This document shows positions 48,301 to 60,578 of a stretch of 64,000 bases of DNA, one piece after another. A program made the position numbers and the translations under genes. Numbering within the stretch: the stretch's first letter is position 1; the number at the start of each line of letters is the position of its first letter. The notes under the pieces are model-generated. The model worked only from the letters and a program-made list of their open reading frames with translations, was not told the origin of the DNA and searched no databases. The stretch comes from Proteromonas lacertae (Eukaryota), in contig NGBS01000871.1 in NCBI GenBank assembly GCA_002245135.1, forward strand, positions 434,001 through 498,000. The letters are read 5' to 3'.

Positions 48301-51300
48301 AAAGAACTAGAATCAGGATCTTTAAATGTACAATCTATATTACTTGATGATATATAATATTTACCAATTAAACCTTGAACAGATGTTTCTTTGGAAATAG
48401 TAATAACAGTTATATAAATTGTAAATTCTATTGTTGTTGTCTTACTTTCACATCTTATCTTAAAGGCAGTTCTTGGAGTATCTGTTGTTGGAATTCCTGT
48501 TAAAATACCTTGAGTGAATAAAATACCAGCTGGTAAGTTATATGGGCTAACTATTCTTTCATAATCACCTACAATTACTGGTTTAATAACACCAATATCA
48601 TCTCCAACAGTAAATATATAATCATTGGAAGGATAATAAAAACTAGTCAATGTTGTAATACCTATTTGAAACACATCAATTGGCATAAGTTCTTTACTAC
48701 CACCTGGCACTTTCCAACTAAGTGCATATGATAGAACTTTACTTGGAGTTTGACCATAAACCATTAATGAAAACTCATGTATTGTGTTTGCTTCAAATTG
48801 TATCTTTTTTTCTGATTCCATATTATATGATGTTTCTATTAATGATCTAGTAAAACTATCAATAAAGAAGGCTGCTCTATAACCAGTAACAAGGTAAAAT
48901 GAGTATTGGCCTGCTTTTTCTATATAAATTGAACCACTATACTCATATAAGAAATAACTATCCCTTATTATGTTTTCAATTGTTACAGGAGGCATCATAC
49001 TAAATTCTGAAAATGATGTGGTTACTATCTTAGAATCTACTTCCATTTCATCATTATCTAACTTCTTTTTGAGATTGGCAAAATTTGGTGAATAGACTTT
49101 ATCTTTTGGAGATTTTAATTTAGCTGAAGATGACATTGTTACACTACTTATACAGAATTCTAAAGTGATTGTATATGAGTTAATTCTATTACTAACAGTG
49201 ATTGTGGATGTATAATTGCCAAATGTAGTTGGTATTCCACTAATCTTACCATTTTCATCAACTAATAAACCAGGAGGCATATTTTCCACTTTACTATCTT
49301 CTACTAATTGATTACATTTTATCTCTTCCAATGTTACAGGAATATCTTTAGATAATACTATTACTCCAATATAAGGAAGAGTACATTTGCTTAATTTACC
49401 ATAAACACTTATATAAAATGTCAGCATATCATAACCATTATCAACTGAATTAGTAATAGTCATTACAAATTGAGATTTTCTCATTGGTGTTAATGGAGTT
49501 CCACTAATTATTAATAAATTGTCATTTATTGTTAATCCAGTTGGTAAATTTCGATTGAATGTTATTCTATCATATTCATATTCACAAGTGAATGCTATTG
49601 GAGAGATTTTTTCTTTATAAGTGAATGAATATTCAGTTATATTCAATTCACATCTTGGAGATCTACCTTTACTACATTTACTTTCATCCCATTTATCCCA
49701 TGTTGGTCGTGATGTTGGTAAACATTCTCTGGTTCTATAACCACTGTAATCTACATCACATCGAGATGTTTGAAATTCATTTGGATATATTCCTGAATTA
49801 CCACAATCATCTGCTTTTATTTCTATAAATACGTTTACTTTCACTTCTCCTTGTGGACTATCACCGATTATTGTATAATTCTTTCCAGGAGATACAATAA
49901 CTCGAGGAATACCCGTAATCTCACCATTATCCCTATTAATAATCAAAGAAGATGGTAATGGAGTTTCTTCACTACTTCTTATATTGATTACTATTCCTTT
50001 CATTTCTGGTTTTATTGGAGTTATTAATTCGTATAACTTTAATGAATAAACTTCAGGATATTTCAATTCTCCACTTATATTATCACATTCACTGATATCT
50101 TCATCACCCCAAGTAGCATCAGGTTTACAATATCTTCTTCTTTTCTTTGTTGATCCATTTTCACAACTAACTTCAGCAGTTGTATTAATAGCAGTTGGAG
50201 GATAAGGATCAGAAGCAATGCACATTTCAGAACCACAAATTGCTGGATAGAAATCAGATAATTGATATAACTGTGTAGAAGTCATACGAATACTTGCAAA
50301 TGATATTTTAAAACCATTATAAAAATGATTAGTTGGATTTTTAACTATTATTTTTTCAGAGTATAATCTTTGAGTATTCATTTTATAATCTCTTCTTTCA
50401 TCAATTAATTCCCATACAATTTCATCATTATTATCTTTATAATCAGTTGTACCATATAATTGCCATTCTGATGGATCTCTTCCTGGTTCATCATTCCCTG
50501 TTACAAATATATAACCACTAACAGTAACATATCTATCATTCAATTTAACTATCAAAACTAATGGATCACTCTTCTTTCCAACACACATCTTAGTTGTTTT
50601 ATCCATATCAAATATTTGAGCTACACCTTCTTGTTGATACATATCATCAGTATAAGATGAAGATACTAAAGTCCAAGTTGGATTGACATCTTTACTACTA
50701 CCGACTAATGCACTACAACTTGAATCACCACCAAATACAGATAATCTAACAGTAAATGGATCTACTTCAGTATATTCATCATTTTCAGTTTTATGTACTT
50801 CAATAGCAAATATATTTTTACCATCCTTTAATGAATTAGGAAGTCCAATAATTGTGATTGTTTTTAATTGTTTATCTCCATTCGAATAGGTATTTTCATT
50901 CACTTCATTAGCTGGCATTCTATTTCTAGCAATTTCAACATTATTTATATAGAGTATAAAACCACTTTCACTATCAATACTAATTTCAAATCTTCCAATT
51001 CCATTTACATTAAATAATTCATAATCATATCGATAATACATGGTGATTTTATCAGCTGGTCTTGGAAATGTTCCACCTTCTGCTTTTTGCCAATTAATAA
51101 CATCAGATATTTTCCAATCTGATTGAAATGTGGATGAATAATACCATTTTCCATTAGTTGGTATAATTTGTGACAATAAGAAATTATAAGTACCAACATT
51201 ACTACCTCCTTTGAAATGTAATTCTAAAATTAAACTATCTCTATTATTCAATTTTATATATGATGAACTATCCCATTCAGAACCATCAATTGAACCATAT

Positions 51301-54148
51301 TGAGCAATATAATGTCCTTCAGTAACACATTTAGCAAACACAATATTCTTATACTCACTCATACCTGATATTGAATAGATGATATTTTCACTACCACTAC
51401 TGGCTGATGCTGGTGAAATCATTAAATACATATTTGGACCGCTTTTACCTCCATATACTTGAACATTTAATAATATTTCAGATGATGGACAATCTGATGA
51501 TTGAGTATATGTAATTGTTACTGGATCAGATGATAATTGATTGTTTTTAGCTATAATTCTAAATGAACCACTCTCTTGTTTAACTCTACCTACAACTCCA
51601 GAAATAAAGCCATTTGTAGAATTCATTCTTAAACCATCAGGTAATTCATCACCATCAAATAAAACATATTCAGTAACAGCATATTTAGTTATTATTGGGT
51701 AAAATGAAACAGATTCACCTGTAACTAAAGAATATGAAGTTGGATTATAACTAATTTCAGGTTTTCCTTCAACTGAAGATAAATCAACTTCTACTGTTTC
51801 AGTTCTACCAATCTTATATTCACCATAAGCTAATAAATAATTTGATTTTTGATAAACACTATAAGTTCCACTTCTACCACTAGCTTGAACAAATTGAATC
51901 TTTACTTTTGAATATGGTAAGCATTTATAGAAAGAATAGTATGTATCAGCATTATGATTTTCTTTTATATATATTGAATAATCACCACTCATTATATAAA
52001 TACTTAAACCACTTCCAGATCCAGTTATATATTTCAATCTAAAGAAATAATTATTAGCATCACAATCTTTAACAGTGATTCTTACACTTCCTTGTATTTC
52101 ACCAGCTGCATTTCTAACTATTATTGGAATGACTTTATTATCAACTGGTTCAGATGGATAGCCATATATTTCACCTGTTAAAGCATTCATTCTTAAACCT
52201 TTTGGTAATTCTTCTCTACTTTCTACAAAGTAATCGTTACCTATAATAAATGGAATACTATTCACTTCTTCACCTAATTTGGAATTGATATCTCGATAAG
52301 TAACACTTACTGGCGATATATAACTTTCATATGATAGAGTAAATCGAGTTTGTAATGGATGCAATTCACTATTTATTGGATCTGCTGTAATTGAATAAAA
52401 CACATTCTTTACTGATGCTTTTTCATCATTAATAATTCCACTAATACAATGATCTGTTTCATTAAATATCAAGCCACTTGGCAGATTTGGATAGATCTTA
52501 TAATTTGTATAATCATTTTCATTAATTCTATTGAATAATGGACAATTCTTAGGAATTTCTTGACCTTTTATATATGTAGATGTCTCATATTCATAACTAA
52601 TAGGATATCTTGGTATATGAACAAATGCAGAATCAGGTATTTGAGTTCTACCCATATCAAAAGAACTCCATTCTAATATTAACTGTTTAGTAGCATCATT
52701 AGCTGCTTTCCAATAATATAATTTAATATTCACTAAACCATTTTCTAATTTGATCGAACCTTGGTTTGTGTTTTTAACACATGTTAATGATTGAACAACA
52801 ACTGTATTTTCTATTTCTAATCTAACTCCACCATTTGATGTGATATAAAACATATAAGTTCCACTTTTTGGTATTTCTAATAAACCAGTCCAATCAACAG
52901 TATAGGATGATACAAAAGTACCTGATAATCCTTTCCATTGACTTGTTTCTTCATTTACATGATTTATTTCCTTATCAATTCTACGGAATTTTAAATAATC
53001 AACAAATCTATCAATATCCCTCCAATCACATTCTCTTTCAGCTGAAGCATAATATAAACCATCTAATCCACTTATCATATTTGATTTAACATTATCAATT
53101 ACTTCAATGTATAGTTTATATTCAGTCCTTACACCAAATATATTACCAATTATTGTATATAATTTCTTTTCAGTAACTTGTGTTGGAATACCATTAATTT
53201 GTCCATTTGCTTTAATAGTCATTCCATTAGGTAATGGATTATCAGTTGACCAAGTAATATAACCAGTATAAACAGGCGTTAAAGTCTGCATTTGATTCTT
53301 CACTAATATTAAATCAGAAGTTCTATAATCAAGATATTGATTCACTGGTGGTGTAGATCTAGCTATTGAACTAATCAAAATATATTCAGTTCCACTTCTT
53401 GGCTTGTATTTCAAATTCAACTGGCCTTGTTTCAAGAAATTAACACCATGTATTGCTATCCAATGATAACCAACTTTATAATCTTCATTATGTGCTGCAT
53501 TCGTTGTCGTTTTAACAAGCCAAGGTTTTTCAAAACTATCAAAATACACTTTACATCTATCATCCACATTTAAGATAAATCTCCATTGTTCTTCTTTTTC
53601 AACTTTGAATGAGAAATACCAATAATTTACAGCGTTTACGATGTTCATATCAAGTGAAGCAGCACATCTATCCTCAGGATTACAAGAATATTCTAATTCT
53701 TTCATATTATTTGTATAATAGGTTATTTCACCAGCATATAATTTATTAAAATATTCTGGATCTAATTCTGTTGAAGTTGTACTTTCTGACCATAACACTG
53801 TAATATCTCCTGTATTATCTTCAAATGTACCAACATTAAACACTAAATTAATTTCATTGCTATCTTCATTGTAATGTGCTATTACTGCAATGCTATAACT
53901 GCCTGTAGCAGAAGTAACACCTTTAAATCCTCCATGAGTTGTATTAAAAAACAATCCATCAGGTAAATCTCCAGTGATAGTAAAATGAGTATGTATATTA
54001 TCACATTTAGGAGGCAATAAAAAGAACGGTTGCGAAAATCCAACTTGAACAGTCATTACACCATAATTGCATGATAAACAGTTCACTTGATATAATATTA
54101 TCACTAGAGTAATTAAATATTATTTATACAAATTAGCACTATTCCCAT
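42375..54148 (-). CDS. Giant (~3915 aa) type I surface protein with putative-Ig (He_PIG) repeats, PA14, jelly-roll/F5/8-like and Cys-rich HRM-like repeats
   Basis: Signal peptide MGIVLI|LIILYQVNC via a 26-nt intron (54104-54129). Many LPxGLxxxxxxGxISGTP repeats; PA14 (GLxGxYY..WxGxLxIPxSGxYxF); CxxxxxWPxT..C..G...R.C repeats; C-terminal TM GAIVGGVIGGLVALVLIVVLSFVCC. Confidence 0.85.
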
Positions 54149-54351
54149 TTTACAATTTATATTTAATCGACATTTATATCGATTCAAAAACTTGGCTTGA
54201 TAATTTGTGTTTTTTAATACAATCAAGCAAAAGCATTCAACCAATACATTATCATATATATAAAACAAAAAACAAAAAAAAGTGCATTTAGTGAAAAATA
54301 TGTTAAAGTTAATGAAAATCAAAGATGCTGTAGTAATATGATAATTAATGT

Positions 54352-57300
54352 TTAAGAATTTATTGTTGTTGGATTTCTAAACAATAAATCTCTCTTTCCA
54401 TTACATCTTTTGAATGAATGAATTGTTAATACTTTATTACAAACAATTTTTTTTACTGTATCAGAGATAAATCGAAGATTATTAGATTTAGTAATATCAT
54501 TCTCATCTGTCTCATATATAAGTATATTCTGATAATCTTCCTTTGATATAGATGATATATTGCCTTTTATCATATTTTCAATCATTTCCTTGTTTACTCT
54601 ATTTATTTGACTTTCACACATTTTTATATCATAGTAATATTTTCCAATTACACCTCCATAATATTCGTAGTTGTCAAGATATTTATCTAAAATGTCTTTT
54701 AATTCTTTATCATCATTTTCATTTCTATTCATAGGATTAGCTGGTATTCTTTGTATTTCACTGTATTTAAAAAATGGCTTATCAGGTTTGATTAGTATAG
54801 GATCTTCCAATTTCATTACTTTTTTCACTTCTTCTTTTGTAAATGGAGGTATATACATTATCAGTGGACATCTTTTACTCTCAAATGTCTTAAACTTTTT
54901 ATCACATGGATTAGCTAACATTATTATCATTTTTGCATCAGGATAATCATCTTCTCCAACAACAACTCCTTCAACAACAACAATATATGGATAATATGGA
55001 TAATCTTTTTCATCCTTAAAATAGTTATACTTACTAATATAAGATTGTCCACATATACATCTAAATTCTATTCTAATATCTTTATTCTTTTCATGAATTT
55101 TGTTTATAATAATTTTAGCTAATACTGATTTACCAATTTTTTCTTGACCAAATATCAAAAAGTTTCTTTGATTTTCATAATTCATATCTAAATCATCAGG
55201 ATAAATAAGTTTCAATATATCATTAAAGCACTTTCTCATCAATAACAATTTTCCACCATTATTATATACATCAAAATCTTGTTGTTGTTGTGGTGGTGGT
55301 AGTAGTAGTTGTAGTAGTTGTGGTTGATTCATTGGAGGTGGAATATTAAATCTTTGATCATAATCATATACTGTTCCTTGTTTTATTAAACAATACTTAA
55401 AATCACCACTTTTAATCTCACTATATTCCTATTTTTATTATAAATATATTATATATTCATACTCTTATAGATTTTTCCATTCTTTCTCTATCTTCAGGAG
55501 TTATTCTATTTTTATCAAAGTTTTCATCATCTAATAATACTTTTATAAATACTCCATTCATTATCAAATCAAAGAAATTATTTTCGTCCAATATATAATA
55601 TACTGCATGTAATGCATTTGGAGGATAATGAATATACATCTGTTTTCATAGTTTAATTTGAAATTATCATCACTGACAATTGGAGTTTCTTTACCTATAG
55701 AATCTGTATATATCAACTCAATTATTTCAGTGCTTAATTCATATGCAATTATTTGTTTTAATGCCATTTTTCTAGTATATTTATCATCATCAATTGAATT
55801 ATACTTATCTTTTACCTTTTTATACTCTATCTTATCTTTAGGTGGATAGAATTTAAAAACAATATATTGCTCAACAAAATCTGATATGAATTTTAATTTT
55901 TTTTTTGGTTTTAAAAGAAAATGTTTTAAACCATTATCCCATTCTGATTCTAAATCATATTTTAATATAATATTGGATAAATCATTATTTAACAAATATT
56001 CCATCTTCATATACTTTTGTACAAATTCATTATAACCTGTTGTTCCTACTACACTGTCTATCAACTGTTGATAATACGTCCAATAATCTCTACCATAATT
56101 ATTATTATATAAATAATCGTAATAGATTTGTCTAGGTATATTACCATACTTTTTGCAAGTCTCTTTAAATTTCTTTAAATCACTAATGCTTATATTAATG
56201 CACAATGAAAACCATTCTAATATTTCTCTATCGTTTAAAGAATCAAAATATAGTTGTTTACTTACTAATGGATTTGTATAATTATCGTTATTTTCATGAT
56301 CAGGTGAACTAATGGATATTATTATGTTACTATTGCCAAATTCACCATTGAAAGTGTCAACTATTACTATCGAATTATTAATATCACGTTCTTTTATATC
56401 ACTTTTACTCAAACAATTATCTTTAAATTCATATATTTTCCTATCACCAATATTTTCATATTTCTTTCCTTTAACAACATAAATATCTTTAATGGTATTA
56501 TTATTTTTCCATATATCATCTAAAATATAATAATTAAATCCCAATTTTACCATTTCATCATAATTTGGTGGTAATGAACCTTTAATATCTTCTATTTTAT
56601 CTAATGAATTTTCCATATTTCTCTTTAATTCACTGTATTTATTTTTTATTGATTCCTTTTCTTTTAAATACTTTTTAATTCTCTTCTCAATCATTTCTAT
56701 TGAAATATTTCTTTTTTTAATCTCATTAATTCTTTGTACTATAATTGATGATAGATAATATGCATTGATGAATCTGCCATATTGCCTAACTTGATAATTT
56801 TGGAGTATTTTCTTAAATTTAATTATCTCGCTTACATCAATTACTTCATCTACATTCACAATATCATTATCTATACCTCTTACTTCCTTCTCTATCTTTT
56901 CAATATTTTCGTAGCAACTTTCTCTTACTTCTGTTTCATCATTTATATTAGAGAAATCATAATCTTTGTTTATTTTAAATATTGTGAATGAATATATACT
57001 TCCAGTTTTTGTATAAAAATTCCTGCTTATATCATCATAGATATTATCTTTTAGTTGTTTATAAAAGAATTTGTTTATTGTTTCTTTGTATAATCTAATC
57101 CTATTTTTATTTCTTTTTATTTGTTTTTCAAGATTTTCTATTTCCTGATTAATAAAACATTTTCTTTGTTTCTCTTCTTGATGTAATTCACTCAACCATC
57201 TTAAATTATTTTCTCTTTCTACAATTAACTCTTTTTTCCTCAGTAAATCTTTTTCATCTTTACCAAAATTGTGAGATAAATTATTCTTTAGAAAGAATAG

Positions 57301-58095
57301 TAAAACATAAATAAAAGATGTTTTACCTATACCTGGCTGACCTGTGATTATTATTCTGTTTATATACGGTTTGGATGACATAATTTTACATATATTTCGA
57401 AACATATCATAATAACAATCCCTAAAGTAGATTCTCTTCATAGGGAATTGAAATACATTGACATTTTGATCTGTATATTCTAAATATACTTTTTTTTCAC
57501 CATCAATAGCATTATATTCTACAGCCGTTAAATTATTAACAATTTTAACGAAATTATCTTCTTCATCTACTTTTCGTTTTTTTATTTCACCACCAATATC
57601 ATCTCCACGTCTTTTAATATTATCCTTTTCTATAACTACTATTTCATCATTCTTCTCAAATAGAATGAATAAAGGATATATTACATTGCTACACTGTAAA
57701 TCTCTCAATATACATATAACCTTATCATGTCTGCAAATTGTCATAGTGTTGCTATTTACGTCGTATTTTACATCATATATTGCACCTAATTGTAAGTCTT
57801 TTACATGTACTTCAACTACATCAATACTATTTGACTGTGATGCTCCACTGGTTAATATTACCATTTTATTACAAACTGCACCGCACATAGCTTTTGAATA
57901 TCCTATACCCAGTTTGTTAGCAACTTTCCTAATTTGGAATCTCATTGTATATACTTGATTTGCAGTTGAATATTTTTGGTATATACCTAATTTCAATGAA
58001 TCATTTTCACTTTTAAATGAATCTTCATATATCTTTTTTACTAAGAAACCATATCTGTAATTATTAAATAGTAAATGACTAAAAACAGAGCTCAT
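54352..58095 (-). CDS. Crinkler/RHS-type protein with two tandem P-loop NTPase modules (one unresolved frame change near 55640)
   Basis: IYFRDCY..IIITGQPGIGKTSF..IVIVD..ISISSP..YGNIPR and LLMRKCF..LIFGQEKIGKS..VVVEG..YGGVIG; KKRK NLS-like motif. An intron at ~55429-55463 links the 55457 fragment to the 54352 ORF. Confidence 0.6.
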
Positions 58096-58478
58096 TTATC
58101 TAATAAATAAAATTTGTTAATAATAAATACCGTACTTTGACTAATAACAGAGATATAGATAATTATAAATTTGATTGAATAACCAATCAAATCAATTCAA
58201 CAAATAACCAATTAAAATTCGTAATTTCGATATTTTGCATGTCATTTTTATAGTGATGTAGAAAGAAACATGAAACATCAACATGATTATAAGTTCTCGT
58301 TTCATATGATATTTAAGTAAGCAATATGATTTAATTAACTAATCTTGATTGTTGGTATATATATAATTGTAGTTATACTTATAACTATCTATATTTTACT
58401 TCTTAACGAAATATCATTTTCTTTGTTATAAAAAGTCAAAAAATAAATGAAACATTATCACTACAAATAATAGTTATA

Positions 58479-59131
58479 TTAATTATGATATCTTGATGAT
58501 TTACGATATTCTGCATATTTCGGTTGTTTTTCAAAGGATTCCATAAATGCTTTTAATGTGGCATTATTTGTTATTGCACCTTTACCCATTACATTAACTT
58601 CAGCAAAAATAGAATACACAGCAACATCTGCAATTGATACTCTCTTTCCAACAAAGAAATCACCTCCATTCTTCTTCTTTAAGTTTTCAAAGTAAGAAAT
58701 CCAAACAGGAAGAATAGTTTCATTAAATTCTTTTTCTAATTCATCTCTTCCTGTTGTAGCATGAGTTACATGATAGTATTTATTTCTTAAATCTTCACTT
58801 CCATCAACAATCATGTCTATTTGCCATTTTTCATCATCATTATCTCCATAAAGATTAAATCTACAAACATATAAATATAAACATAAATATACAATCTACC
58901 TACAAGTCTTAATTGAGTATTGCTTTGACAGATATTTTTGCCTTTATATTCCACAACTGGTACTTGTCCAAAAGCTAATACTCCTTCATCAGTTAATTTC
59001 TTTTTTAAATCTGCCCATTCTTCTTTTTTAAAATTCACTTCTTCATATTTTTGACCAGCAAGTTCCATAGCAATACGAAAGTTTTCAGCTCTGCCTCTTA
59101 CACCAAAATAAGTCAATTTGAAGTCAGACAT
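58479..59131 (-). CDS. Glutathione S-transferase (sigma-like); 2 exons
   Basis: LTYFGVRGRAE, FGQVPV, CQSN, FFVGKRVSIAD; intron 58861-58892. Confidence 0.93.
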
Positions 59132-59315
59132 CGATTGAATCTGAAAAAAGAAATTTAGAAATATCCATACAAACTACAATGGTTTTTTGTCAATTTTAAT
59201 ATTTTGGGTGTTTGAAAAAAGAATATCAAACCTCAAACATATTTTCAAATTAATTTTTCTTATGTTTGACTTGAATATAATAAATACAGGATTTAAGAAA
59301 ATACTATTGCCATCC

Positions 59316-59647
59316 ATGAACAAAGATTTACCAGAAAAGATAAGAAAAGAAGTATAATGATGATTGATTTATTCTAGAGTGCTTTTTATCGATTATTGAT
59401 TTGTTCATTTAATATAATAGGAGTTTTAATTGTGTTTTACTGTATATCAACTGAAGATTTAAACTGTGGAACTACTTTGATAATTATGTGTATATTTTGT
59501 TGCATAATATTCATTTTTGTTCAAGGAAGCAATCCAGGATATATTGATACAAGTACTAATTCAATATTACCAATCGTAGATAATATAAAAATAGAAGAAG
59601 ATGAAGAAGAAGCAGATAGTCTATTACGAAACAATGGCAATAAACAG

Positions 59648-59678
<31 letters not shown>

Positions 59679-60301
59679 ATCAAATTAGTAAACAAATGTG
59701 TAAATACTGTGATATATCTGAGCCAGTAAGAAGTCATCATTGTAAATATTGTAACAAATGTGTAAAAGTGTATGATCATCACTGTACTGTAATTGGAACT
59801 TGTGTTGGGCAAAGAAATCATGGAAGATTTTTATTATTTTTATATAGTGAAATGATGATTATTACATATGCATTTATTGTTATAATTATTGGTAGAGAAA
59901 GAGAGCATAATTCCAATCTGTTTTCATCACATTCAGTCAAGATTTGTGGTTTAATTCTTTCAATTGTATATCTATTTTATTTATGTAATATATAGTTTGT
60001 ATTTATATCAATAATACCATTGACAGTTATACACACCTTCTTGATGTTGATGAATCTAACAACTTATGAAATTGGTAAGAAAACTAAAAAAATATGGTAT
60101 TTTAAACACAATACATCACCATGGAACTTTCCTTTTAATGAAGGAACATTTCACAATATTTACACCTTTCTTTTTGATGATGAATTGTTTTCCTGTTTTT
60201 CTAATAAGAGTACTGAATATTCATATCCAGAATCATCCTCAGTAAAGGATAATAGAAATGTTGATTGTTTAGCTTCTTGTATTACTAGTTGTTTTGAATA
60301 G
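59316..60301 (+). CDS. DHHC palmitoyltransferase; multi-exon
   Basis: SNPG, CKYC...P.RSHHCKYCNKCVKVYDHHCTVIGTCVGQRNH, NLTTYE, PFNEG. Confidence 0.93.
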
Positions 60302-60578
60302 ATTTATATTTAATTATAAATGTAGTAGTTTATAATTGTATTTATTCTTAAAATAATGATTTCATAACTATTTGTAGAATTAGCTTAAACTAATTTAGTC
60401 CTAAACTAAAATATGTAAAATTGATTGAGCTAATATTCGTTAATATTAATAATTATATAATTGCATTTAACATTTAGATAAAATAATAAACAAAAATAGC
60501 ATAACATTTAGAATAAAGTTATAGTGTATGTAGAAAATACAAAAATCAACACAAAAAAAAACAATAATAACCAACTAT

